Assembly: GCF_006345805.1 (NCBI RefSeq)
Contig: NC_042998.1
Coordinates: forward strand, 142,600,001-142,664,000
Length of the DNA: 64,000 nucleotides
Direction: 5' to 3'
Source: Octopus sinensis
Taxonomy: Eukaryota
The translations under genes and the position numbers were made by a program. Each line of letters opens with the position of its first letter. Position 1 is the stretch's first letter. Of this stretch, positions 38,638 to 50,839 are shown piece after piece. Under the pieces are notes generated by a model, which worked only from the letters and a program-made list of their open reading frames with translations, was not told the origin of the DNA and ran no database searches.

Positions 38638-39933
38638 TTTGTCTATATGTTTCTGGTGTAAACTACTGGAACTTCTTAACAAAACCTAACCAATTCACTG
38701 ATTACCTAAAGAAAAGACATGTGGCTACATTTTACCGTAGAAATTCTGTTTCTGAGACACTTCTGGCATGTAATATTACCATAAATATGTTGTGTTGTCT
38801 ACTCCGAAAAATCAGGGTAGGCTACAATCAAGACTAAATTTTAAGCATTATATTTGTTTGTTCTAAATTTTTTAAGTTGTAATTTTAAAGAATAGTAATA
38901 TCTAGTATATTTTTTTATAAAATTATTCTCTTAAATGACAATGCAAGTCAGATACAAGGGGTCTGATTGCCCCAACAAACACAATTTTTAGATACCGATC
39001 CGCCATTTTCTCTTCTAACAGTTTTGAGTCGATAAAAATATTGTCTTAATATTTTGCTAAAAACATCATTTTTGGCCTTAAATAATGACACAATTGTATT
39101 TTTGATGATTTTTCTTATGTAAATGGTTAAATAAAGTTATTATTGTGTACCTTTAGTCAGTTTTAATGACCAGAAATCTGGCCTGTACCTCACATGCACT
39201 ACTCACAACACAGAACATAGATGTTAGCAGTTAGGTTCAAATATGCCACAATATTTTTCTGTTATAATTTAATAAACTGTTTCAAAATATATAATCATTA
39301 TAGAAAGAAATTTTTTATCGTTGTGTGCCTTCGTCTTTGCTTTAATATGTCATTTCATGACATATTTCTTTTTAGATTTACAATGAAAGCAATGTTTTCA
39401 TTTATTTGGTATTTTTGCGACTGAAGAGAGACGAAACTCCGTTTTCATCATGGTATCTTCAGAGTCTTCTATTATTAAAACCACTTCATTTTTCAAATGA
39501 TTTTCCGAATCAAATACATTATCAACAAACTATTTTCACATATATTATTCCCCAATGTAATAATAGATTGTAATAGAACCCAAGTCAGCGTTTAAATTAT
39601 TATTTACAAGACTTAATTAACTAACCAAAGAAATTGAGTTCTCCAAGCGTTCTTTATATCACTTTTACAAAGATATCTACTACACTATGTTTTGGTTAAA
39701 TTTCCATCTCTGGATCCAATGATATTTCTTTATACCTGTACATAAAACTTTCTGAGAGAACAAAAGTAAACTCATATTGGAGCGAAAAAACGGAATTTCT
39801 TTTTTATGCGACTGTAAATGGAAGAAATACGGGATGTTAATTATGATAAAAGTATACAATACATAGACAGATACGCTATATATATATATACATACATGCA
39901 TACACACACACACACACACACTATATATATATA

Positions 39934-39964
<31 letters not shown>

Positions 39965-39977
39965 CATATATATATAT

Positions 39978-40012
<35 letters not shown>

Positions 40013-40020
<8 letters not shown>

Positions 40021-40087
40021 ATTTAGGGTATCTAAGAGATACCACCAGCGTGGTGGTATCTCTTAGTTACCCAAAATTATAATTTTA
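40013..40087. repeat. Short hairpin, about 35-bp arms, after (TA)n
   Basis: AAAATTATAATTTAGGGTATCTAAGAGATACCACC-AGCGT-GGTGGTATCTCTTAGTTACCCAAAATTATAATTTT. Confidence 0.85.
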
Positions 40088-40255
40088 AATAATTATTACC
40101 TTTGAAGGTTTTTATTCCCATGCTGGCCACCTGATAAGATCGGTATTTAAATATCGAGCTTATCCTTATATATACATACAAATATAGATAGATAGACAGA
40201 CAGATATGCATACATACAAATAAATATATGCATATAAATATACATATATATGTAC

Positions 40256-40290
<35 letters not shown>

Positions 40291-40297
40291 ATATATA

Positions 40298-40332
<35 letters not shown>

Positions 40333-40380
40333 TACATATATGTGTGTGTGTACAGCTATATATACACACTCGTGTGTATG

Positions 40381-40412
<32 letters not shown>

Positions 40413-40441
40413 TACATATATATACATACATATATACACAC

Positions 40442-40497
<56 letters not shown>

Positions 40498-40759
40498 GTG
40501 TGTCCCCCAAAATTTGACATCATTTGAGATGTCCATATCTGAGTGACTACATTCTCAAAAGAAACGAAGCTTAATAGGTTTAATTTTTAACATAAGTTTT
40601 ATTCTACAGATTTCCAACAAAAAAATTCTGTGAGATGATAATTTTATAATGTTCCAAAGTTATCACGGTTCTTTGAGATGGCACAGAACACATTCAATTT
40701 TGGCGAGTCCCTTTCGTGTTCAATTGTATAATGTGGATTTTCATCGCCCCAAATGTGAA

Positions 40760-43440
40760 CATTTTGTTTGTTCACCAAGCTATTCGTATGGAATGCTGTG
40801 AAGGGCCGATCACAAGTGCGGAGGTGGAGGAGGCCTTATCGGCCTGCGGCGAGGACAAGTCGCCGTGACTGGATGGTCTGCTCTACGAGCTTTATTATAG
40901 TATTACATACTTGTTCGAGCACCTGCTAGCATGCGACTACACCAACTGGCAGCAGAATGGGTTTATACCTTGATCTGTTAGCGGTGGGGTTGTGGTGCTG
41001 CTAAGAAAGGACTCAAACAAGGAGAATGTAATCGATAATTGCTGGCGCATCACTCTACTTAACGCAGGGTTTAAGATTTTGGCCAAGGTGTTAGCAAAAA
41101 GCTTGGCGCGGGTCGTGGGTAGACTTATTGAGGAAGCACAAATATGCGCCATTTCCGGCAGCTCTCCACCTTATACACTATAAGGTATAACCCTTATACG
41201 CTATACCTTAGAGAGGGTTAGTAGAATTACTGGCAAGGGTGGAACATTGATCCAACTAGACCAATCTAAAGCATTTGATAGGGTTGACCATCGGTATCTG
41301 GCGGCAGTCCTCGCAGTGGCCGTGTTTGGTCCGACCTTCTGTGAGTGGATCACCGCTCTACACAGCAACATCAAATCGATTGTTCGAGTGAACAGTTTCT
41401 TCTCGGAACCGTTCTGCATTGAGCGTTCGGACCATCAAAAATGTCCTCTCTCCCCCGGATCTTTTCGGTTTGAACAGCAGTTTTTTCTAGCGGTGTCATA
41501 TGAAATTGTCACCCATAATTATGACCCTAGTATCGATCTTTTGCATTTCAATCTGTTTTAGGGTTAGGGTTAGGGGTGGGGGGAAGGGTATCTTTTTTCT
41601 TCAAAAATGTAAATAAACCCAATCTGTTTCTTAAACGAGGGACATATTCATACGGCACAGAATGTTTTCACCTCAATAGACGTCAGTGATTGGTTGAAAT
41701 TGCAGAAATTGAAAAAAAGCAACAAATATCTTACAAACTATAGAATTTTCTCAATAAAGCCAAGAGAAAAAGATGTTTTATAAACACATTCTACCAGTAT
41801 ACGAAGTTTAAAATTTTTTAGTTACCAAGAAATTATGTTAAAAACTGCCGTTCGAACCGAAAAGATCCCTCCCCCCTGTTGTCTGTATTGGCTCTCGAGC
41901 CTCTACTACGGAAATTGGAGGCTGTGAGAGGAGTCCCGCGAGATCTAAGGTGTGGAAGATCGGTTACGGCGTATGTGTACATCACCGTCATCGTATCCGT
42001 AGGTAAGCACCTACAGTGGGTATTAAGGATCACGAAGCGGTGGTAGGGGCAAAAATTAACTGATATAAGTCAGTCGGCTTGTAGCTCGGCACCTGGAGAG
42101 GCAAGTCGATGCCGCCCAACAGCGTCGTCGGACATTGGACGGACAGACCGGTGAAAATGCTAGGGAATTGGTTTGGTCTAGACTTCCAGATAGAGAAGAA
42201 CTAGAGCGAGGTAACAAGCAGGGTGGATCTCCTAACCCAGACCTGGTCTGAGCGAAGGCTATCCTGAAAGGGAAGGCGGAGGTTGCAAATGTGTTTATCG
42301 CATCGATAATCACTTACCGTCTAACCATCGCGCCTTGCCCAGATTCGTGGCTAAAAAAGTTGGAACGATTGCTCTTCCGCTTTCTGTGGAAGGGCAGAGG
42401 ACCTCTTGTAAGGCGCTCTATTTGCTGCCAACAACCGCTAAAGGGTGAGCTGGGGATGCCGTGGCTAAAAATGCGCTGAGGCTGAGGCATATTTAACTCT
42501 ACCTGGACGGTGAGCGGGTGTGATCTCCGTTCGTCAAACTGATGCTTCCTCAGTTCACTTCTTTCAGTGACCTGGAGCCTTGGATTAAGTGCAGACCAAA
42601 GTTGGGAGCGTGGCAAACCGAGTATCGTCAGACACTCGTGCTTCCCACCATACGGGGGTTCTATACAAGGTTGGTAGAGGCCAAGTGTGATGACGCCCTA
42701 GGGGAAACCTTGGATTTCGCTGGCAGTCAACTTGCCGGCATGTTCCGGAGAACATTCGAGCCAGGGCCTATGGACAATTTTCAAAAGTCCCTGGCATGGC
42801 AATATTACCGAGGAGCCATACCAGTTCGGGATAAACTCGCCAAGCATGGCACTTCAATTTCGCCCACATGCCCAAGATGCGAGCAGTGAAACTGTTCTGC
42901 GCGCAATTGTGCAGTGTCCGAGACTTTGGGAAATGTGGATTTATGTCGAACAACTGTTATCACGTCTAGGAAGAGTACAACTGTCAACCAAGTCGATAAT
43001 AAAGATTGTTCCACCGCCCTCTCTGAATAAGGAAGGGCAGGCGTGTTTCCTCTGCGTAGTGGCTATGGCGAAAGAGGAAGTATGGAAGACGCAAGTGAAA
43101 GGAATCATGACAAGCACCTTCATCTCCGGCTTTAGATTGGTGGACTTCTTTTGTTTCCATCTCAGGAGGAAAATAAGGCTGGAGAGGAGAGACCTGCCAT
43201 CTAATAAATATGAGAAAAGATGGAAGAAAGTTGCAAATATGTTGAGAGTGAACTTGAGTGAGAACATAAAGGTCACGTAAAGAAATCAGTCTTGGAACGT
43301 GGTTTCTGGGGTCACACCCGTCCCTCACTCCTTCATTGGTGTCTCATTCGTTTTTCATATACTTTTATCATATAATTTTAAAATTCATTGTGTCTCATTC
43401 GATCCCTCGACCTCTTGTCTGTCCCATCTATGTTTGACCT
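40760..43440 (+). mobile_element. L1/Tx1-clade LINE remnant, 5'-truncated
   Basis: GPITSAEVEEAL, KILAKVLA, LDQSKAFDRVDHRYL, CPLSP, and a C-terminal CPRC...ETV...VQC zinc knuckle; multiple stops. Confidence 0.85.
41457..41868. mobile_element. MITE (same family as 3949-4361) inserted in the L1 RT region
   Basis: TIRs GGATCTTTTCGGTTTGAAC and GTTCGAACCGAAAAGATCC; CTCCCCC duplicated at both flanks; removal restores CPLSPLL. Confidence 0.92.
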
Positions 43441-43449
43441 TTTTGGTTA

Positions 43450-44090
43450 ATTAAAAATAATTCGTATGGAATGTGGCCTCGTCGCTGAAAATAAGACGGT
43501 TTTCAAAGTCGTCACCTTCAAGTTTCTCTTGCATATCTTCACAGAACGTTTTATGCTCTTGCTTGTCAAAAGACTTTAAAGTCTGCACAAGCTGAAGCTT
43601 GTAGGGGGTCAGCCGCAAGCGTATTCTTATGACACGCCAAACAGTTGACTTGGAGATCCGAGTTTCCAGGCTTGCTCTTCGCACAGATTTCTTTGGACCC
43701 CGACTAAGATTTCCCGAAATTGGTTCACCATCTCTTCTGAAACTGTTGGTCGTCTAGATCCTTTTTTTCCGACGCAAATAGCCTTCCTCTTGAAACTTCT
43801 TATGCTACGTCTAAATCTGCTTCCCTGTTGGCGCTTGTTTATGAAATCTTCTAACAAATACATGTTGCACATTCACATTTGACTGAGTTTTGACATACTT
43901 CAATACACAAAACACATTTCCTGTTGCAGTAAACGGCATGACTAATCCTGAAAAGAAAAACATACTAAAGATTATATTTTTTAAATGTATTGAATTCGAG
44001 ACATACTGCTAAAATTTGAGACAATTTCGATGAAAATTGTTCGCGTTATTAGATGATGAAATGATGTCGAATATTTTGGGACACTCTGTA
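43450..44090 (-). mobile_element. Tc1/mariner (maT/DD37D-like) 5' half with TIR
   Basis: TIR TACAGAGTGTCCCAAAA at about 44074-44090; ISKSTVWRVIRIRLRLTPYKLQLVQTL, IFSDEATFH; 43690-43817 recurs inverted at 44540-44670. Confidence 0.8.
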
Positions 44091-44132
<42 letters not shown>

Positions 44133-44139
<7 letters not shown>

Positions 44140-44780
44140 GGGCGAGGCCGGTTTATGGTGTTACCCTAGGTTTCTCGTCCACAAGGAGTTTGGCCTTACG
44201 GCGTATCGTTAGACCCCAAACCTCTTGGCCTAAGATCTCTTCAAAATACGGAGGGAGAAATGCCTTGCTAGGAAGCTAATTATCTTCCTTTGACATTGGC
44301 TAACCCCTTATGGACGAGAAACCCAGGGTAACCCCATAAGCTGGCCTTGCCCATTGTAATATTAACTGCTCTACATCTGAGTGTGTGCTTCTCCTGATTT
44401 ATCTTTTTATACAAACGATCTTTTTCGCTCCCTGGCCAGAATTTTCACATTTAACACGTGGTTTCTAATAGATAGCTGACCAGCGCCGCGCTTCTACATA
44501 TTTTACGGAAATCACGGGTCTCCTATAAATATGGAAATTTTCAGATTTAGACGTAGCATAAGAAGTTTCAAGAGGAAGGCTGTTTGTGTCGGAAAAAAAG
44601 GATCTAGACGACCAACAGTTTCAGAAGAGATGGTGAACCAATTTCGGGAAATCTTAGTCGGGGTCCAAAGAGATCCTAGGCCAAGAGGTTTGGGATCTAA
44701 CGATACGCCGTAAGGCCAAACTCCTTGCGGACGAGAAACCTAGGGTAACACCATAAACCGGCCTCTCCCATTATAATATA
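44133..44780. repeat. Nested inverted copies of a ~110-bp PLE-tail-like unit with a hammerhead-like fold
   Basis: 44133-44250 is the reverse complement of 44670-44780; partial third copy at 44305-44360; plus strand GGGAT-CTAACGA-long stem II-GAAAC-CTAGG-GTA-ACACC at 44692-44752. Confidence 0.75.
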
Positions 44781-44798
44781 TATATATATATATGATAA

Positions 44799-45322
44799 TT
44801 TATGATAATTTAATGTGGTGAAAGCGTTTCTTTTAGCCAGAATCTCTATTCTATCTGCTATCTCTAGTTTGTTAGCTAATTTTTTGGCTTTACTGTTGAT
44901 GTCGTAATATGTGTGTGGGGGAGCGCGCCTATATTTTTGTGGGACGTTATTTTCTAGCGGTCTATCGTATTTCGGGGTGTCTAATCTGGATAAATTTTTC
45001 GTCTTATCGGAGACGATTAGGGACCTATCTGAGTTTTTTTTAACAATCTAATATCGGCTCGGAGCTTACGTTGAAAGGAGGAAGAGGATTTACGGAACTA
45101 CGGTTTTGGGATGATACCCAGTAGGTCCACCTTGAATGGTTCGAGGTCCTTGATTCTGGGCGGGTGTTTTCTCAATCTAATGCCATAGTTGTTACCCTCC
45201 GGGGATGGTGCAGTTAGGTCGCAGTGGAAAGCCTTCCATCGCATGTGCCTAATCACATCCATTATCTTTTCCAGCAGCATGTAGGTGTATAGCTCGTTGG
45301 ATGGCGTGGGGATGTATATATA

Positions 45323-45360
<38 letters not shown>

Positions 45361-45909
45361 TATATATATATAATATATATATATATATATACACATCCCC
45401 ACGCCATCCAACGAGCTATACACCTACATGCTGCTGGAAAAGATAATGGATGTGATTAGGCACATGCGATGGAAGGCTTTCCACTGCGACCTAACTGCAC
45501 CATCCCCGGAGGGTAACAACTATGGCATTAGATTGAGAAAACACCCGCCCAGAATCAAGGACCTCGAACCATTCAAGGTGGACCTACTGGGTATCATCCC
45601 AAAACCGTAGTTCCGTAAATCCTCTTCCTCCTTTCAACGTAAGCTCCGAGCCGATATTAGATTGTTAAAAAAAACTCAGATAGGTCCCTAATCGTCTCCG
45701 ATAAGACGAAAAATTTATCCAGATTAGACACCCCGAAATACGATAGACCGCTAGAAAATAACGTCCCACAAAAATATAGGCGCGCTCCCCCACACACATA
45801 TTACGACATCAACAGTAAAGCCAAAAAATTAGCTAACAAACTAGAGATAGCAGATAGAATAGAGATTCTGGCTAAAAGAAACGCTTTCACCACATTAAAT
45901 TATCATAAA
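44799..45909. repeat. Apparently perfect 517-bp inverted duplication of the PLE 5' end around a (TA)n spacer
   Basis: 44799-45315 is the reverse complement of 45393-45909; ORFs 45098-45280 and 45428-45610 are identical. Confidence 0.92.
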
Positions 45910-47870
45910 CCGAACTTTGCCTCAAACCCTAAATACCGCCTAATCAATCCGGCCAAATCCGAGATTGGTCTGGCGAGCAAACACATATTGAGAGATATCA
46001 ATAACAGCGTACAGAGAGCCACCAACCTTTCCCCGTGGCGCAGCACCATCGAAGTGACAGCATGGTTTCACACCAACAAGGGAAGAGGCAAGGCAAGGTT
46101 CACCCAATTTAATAAAGTCGATTTTTACCCGTCTATATCAAAAGGGCTACAGACCAAGGCTAGGAGCTTCACTAGCATTAGCGACAGAGATGTGGAGATT
46201 ACCATGCATGCCAGGGAGACAGTGTTGTTCAACAAACGTTCGGCTGGGGTCAAGCAATCCGACCTCGTGGGCTCCTTTGACGTAGTGATGGGAGCCTACG
46301 ACAGCGCTGACATATGCGACATCATCGGGTTATATATCCTAGATACCCTAAAAAAAAAGTTCCTCTTTGGCCTCTAGAGAGATGACGCCCTGGCCATCTC
46401 TAGTGGTTCAAGCGGCCATACACAAGACAGGCTTAGGAAAGAGTTAATCAGCACGCTTGCGTCCTTGGGTTTGAAGATCATCATAGAGACCAACCCCACA
46501 ACAGCGAACTTCTTAGACATCACGCTCGACCTGGGCTCCGGTACTTATAGGTCCTACCGCAAACCAAACGAGAGACTATCGTACATCAATACAGCCTCCT
46601 TTCACCCATCCATTGTATTCAAGAACCTGATAAAGGGTGTTAGTAAGAGGATTTCGAGCCTTCCTCTAACTAAAAGGCCTTCGACGCAGCAGCCCCGTAC
46701 TTATAACGAGGCCCTGACTGCCAGCGGGTTTACGGACTGCATCTACAACATGCCAGAACCCAACAGCCGCAGAAGGAAGCGCCGCAGAAATACAATTTGG
46801 TTAACTCACCCCCCCCCCCCCCATCACTCCCTTAGCACAATAACACCCGTAGACTATTCCTTAACTTAATAGACAAGCATTTCACTAGCTCCCATAGGTA
46901 CGGGCCCATTTTCAACAGGTAGAACGTTATGGTCTTGCTTAGCTGCGCCTCCTACATTAAGAGCATCCTAGTTAGCGCCCCTAAAGCACAGGAAGAGGCA
47001 GGTTGTTCATGCAGAAACCGCAGCAGTTGCCCGGTAGGAGACCGCTGCGAAACCAAAGGGGTTGTCTATCAAGCCGAGGTTCTTGCAAGTCATACCATTA
47101 CCACTGGCAGAGGCGATAGCAGCCGTAGACATGGGAACAGAGCCAACAGCACCGCTACCACCTCCACAGTGGACGGCAGCATCACTAACAACAACAGCAG
47201 CATCGCTAACAGCAGCAGCATCGCCATCAACACTAGCCTTACTAATTGTTTCCCTGACGTCCACGGTGCCAGACCTGACAACGTCCACAGTGACAGACCT
47301 GGTAGCCACTACAGCAGCAGCAGCAACAGGTCCAGTACCATCACCGGCTATAGCGACAACAGCAGCAGCAACATTATTAATAGCAAAGCGCCTTCTCCAT
47401 AGCCGGCAGTGCCGATAGCACTATCGACGCCACCACCATCGCTAGCATCAGCAACCCCGGTTCCAACAACACCAGCAACAGCAGCAATTGCAGCAACAGC
47501 AACAACAGGTACAGCACCAGCAATACGTGCAGGGGCGAAAATATTACCGAGACCATCACCACCCCCACCCCCAGCGACGCAAACACCAACACCACCAGTA
47601 GCAACAACAACAACTGCAGCAACAGCACGTGCCCACGAAATATGTGGGATGTACTGAAAATTCTCTCAAGCAACGTCTTTCCAAACATTTGTCCTCCCTC
47701 AGAGTTCCAGAAAGGAGATGCGTAACATCACTGGCCAGTCACGTCTGGCAACTAAGAGATGAAGGGACACCATACCCGATCTCATGGAAAATCATCAAAA
47801 ACCCAGGCCCATACATCAACGGGATGAAACGTTGCAAGTTCAGTATTGCTGAACCCGTGGGAATCCTAAA
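45393..47870 (+). mobile_element. Penelope-like element (Naiad/Chlamys-type RT + GIY-YIG), disrupted
   Basis: MRWKAF, HKPNFASNPKYRLINPAKSEIG, FDVVMGAYDSADICDIIGLYIL, GL*RDD, NFLDITLDL, CSCRNRSSCPVGDRC, GVVYQAEV ... KYVGCTE..LKQRLSKH; clade assigned from recalled motifs. Confidence 0.85.
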
Positions 47871-47894
47871 TAACTCACTAATACCACACATAGT

Positions 47895-48384
47895 TCCAGT
47901 AAGATGGGGCAACTACTCATACCCTTTTACCACAAGAGAAACAATGCAGTTACAGCAATGCTTTGGAGAGAGAATAATCTCCCATTATGGCAATGTCAAT
48001 TGGCCTTCACATTCCCCAGACTTGACTGGCCCAGATTTTTTCTTGAGGAGATACCTGAAAGAGAGGGTTTACATCAACAAACTGGAGACCCTGATGCAGC
48101 TGAAGGAGAACATCAATAGAGAAATCAGAGAAGTGGGGTCTGAAACTCTTGAGGGTGTTACAGTGTAAGTTTTGGAAAGAGCACGGGCATGTGAAACTGA
48201 AAATGGTGGCCAGTTAAGCAATGTAATTTTTCATATGTGATGTAGTAGTGTTGCAAAATTTGACTTGTGCATATTAATTTCCATTATGTCATTTAGATTG
48301 TATCAAAATTTCGTGCATTTATTTGTAAGGTTAAAGAAGTTATTAAAAACTGAAACCCATCAATGACTTTTGGAACACCCTGTA
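47895..48384 (+). mobile_element. Tc1/mariner (maT/DD37D-like) 3' part with TIR
   Basis: FQ*DGATTHT, NWPSHSPDLTGPDFFL..YLKERVY; ends TTTTGGAACACCCTGTA. Confidence 0.8.
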
Positions 48385-50839
48385 TTATTGTAGCACCAAC
48401 ACTAGTGAGGTTGCTTTGTATACAGTTATACTAAAGAGTCCACACATGACTGCAGCATGTTTGTTTACTCAAGGTAATGTGACTGAGAAGGTGGATAGAA
48501 GAGAGAGAGATAGAGAATGATGATGGAAGATGAACCGGAATGGCTGGGTGTACATTGCAAGGATATCTTCATTATGTCATCATCAACTTCATCATTATCA
48601 TTACCAGTGTTGTCATCATCATCATCACTGTTTTAGCATCCATTTTTCCTTGCTTATATGGGTCTTATGGAATTCATTAAGATTGATTTTCTATGTCTTG
48701 GTGCACTTTCTGTTACCAACTCTTTGACCAGACATGTTTTTCCTACAAGACTGTAAATAAATAACACTTGCTTGTATGATGGTGACATTCATTATAGCCC
48801 TCATGCAATGTTAGGACGAGAGATACTCACACATACACATACATATATCTATATATAATGAGCTTCTTTCAGTTTCCATCTACCAAATCTGCTCACAAGG
48901 CTTTGGTCTGCTCAAGCCTTTAGCAGAAGACCCTTTCGCAAGGTGTCATGCAGTGACTAAAACCATGTAGTTAGAAGCAATAGAAATGAAGTGATTAGAT
49001 TGAGAGAGGATGATAAGATATGAGGATAATGGCAAGAGTAAGTGATGGATATTAATAACAAGTACCTATGGGAAAAGGGTGTGATGACTAGAAGTCAGGA
49101 AAGGATGTGTTGGGCATTCCATCTTTAGTGACAGAAAATAGTGAATAAAAGGGACTAAAGCTAAATGTTGATTTTAAGAATTTAAATAAGTTCTTATTAG
49201 GTTTATTTATCAAATTACATAAGTGGATAAGGTACTATCATATCTACTCACAGATCACTAATTCAGATCTACTTTCAGGCATTTCATTGAACTTCTGATT
49301 ACGTCACTTTACTCCATATTGAGTCAGTTCAGTTCACATTCAAGATATATGATTGCCTTGAGGTGTTACTGGCAACAGACTTGTACCCTTTGCATCTCAG
49401 GAGTGATTTATGTTTTATCTCCTCCAACTGTGGTTGTGCAGTAAGAAGTTTACTTCCCAACTACATAGTTCCAGGTTCAGTCCCACTGGGTGGCACCTTG
49501 GGCCACACAGTCTTCTGTAGCCTCAAGCTGACCAAAGCCTTATGAATGGATTTGGTAAGCATAAACTGAAAGAAGCACATTGTGTGTGCGTGTGTGTGTG
49601 TATACACACACATACATATATATATTTACTTATGTCTCTCCTTCTCTTACTCCAAAAGCAACTGTAGATGGCAGTAGCAACAGTCCCCAGTCAAATTTTC
49701 AAATGTTCCCACATGTATGTGTGTATATATATGTGTGTGTGTGTGTGTGTTTGTTTCTATCATCATCATCATCATCACCATCGTTTAATGTCCAGTCTCC
49801 ATGCTGGCATAGGTTGAACAGTTTAACATGGAGCTATGTATGTATTACTGTCTCCTGTCTTTGGCATCATGTCATAGTTGTAAGCAAGTACCTCTGTCAT
49901 GCAACTGGTGTTCTTTATTTCCACTCTTCCCAGACATGCCTGGCCATGGGGAAATATTACCTTACTTGGGGACCGGTTGGAAGTCGGCAACAAATTGCAT
50001 CTGACCAATGCAAACATGGAAAAGTAGACATTAAATGATGATTATGATACCGTGAAAACAGAGTGAACAACTGGCTCTGTACCTCATTAACCTGCTTCAC
50101 CTTTCTAGTGCCTTATACAGAAGAATGCATCACACACAACTAATAATACAGGAAATATCTATTAAACTTTCTTCAATAATTTATAGTGTTTAGTTACAGC
50201 TTCCATTCATAATTCATATCCTTCTAAGACTAACTTCCAACTCTTCAAGATTAATGAAATGAAAACTATTAAAATGTTGGAATTAAATCAATCTCTACAA
50301 CAACTCTCTAACAAAATTTTGGTGTTGTACCAGTTTGAGAAATTTCTGTGCTAGATCATAAGGCTCATCCATCAAGCTCCTTAAGATACTCCAATAGAAT
50401 AAATGCCATTTTCTAAAATAAGAAATGCAATAGCAGAAGTATTGTAATTATCAATGTATTTCTAAAGTTAATATTTGTAAGCAAAGTATTATTTACAAAT
50501 GATTTTTTCTCCTTGAGCTGTAGGACTCATGAGACTGGTTGCATGGTTTCTATGGTGTGTAAGTGTCTGAGATCACAACCTTCCCCATAAATGGGATGCC
50601 TATGTATGTTGCAAAGTATAAGGTCAGCAATCTTGAGGGGATGAGAAAAGTTGATTACATCAGCATTGGTACTTAGCTGGTATTTTATTCTATCAACCCT
50701 GAAGGGATGAAAGGTAAAGTTTACCTTAGTGGGATCTGAACTCAGAATTTAAACTACACATTTATCATTTGTAAGGCAATAAATATATAATTCCAACCCA
50801 TATGTGGACCGTTTTTTAAAAATCAGATTGGTGTTTATA

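Noticed and set aside
39421-39445. CTGAAGA-GAGAC-GAAAC-TCC-GTT hammerhead-like string
   Set aside because: Stem II has only 1 bp and there is no stem I; likely chance.
41555-41580. Interstitial telomere
   Set aside because: Only about three TTAGGG units, internal to a MITE present twice.
45393-47870. Selenocysteine-recoding Naiad element
   Set aside because: Cys positions are TGC/TGT, and the internal stops I noted are TAG/TAA rather than TGA at Cys sites; no SECIS recognised.
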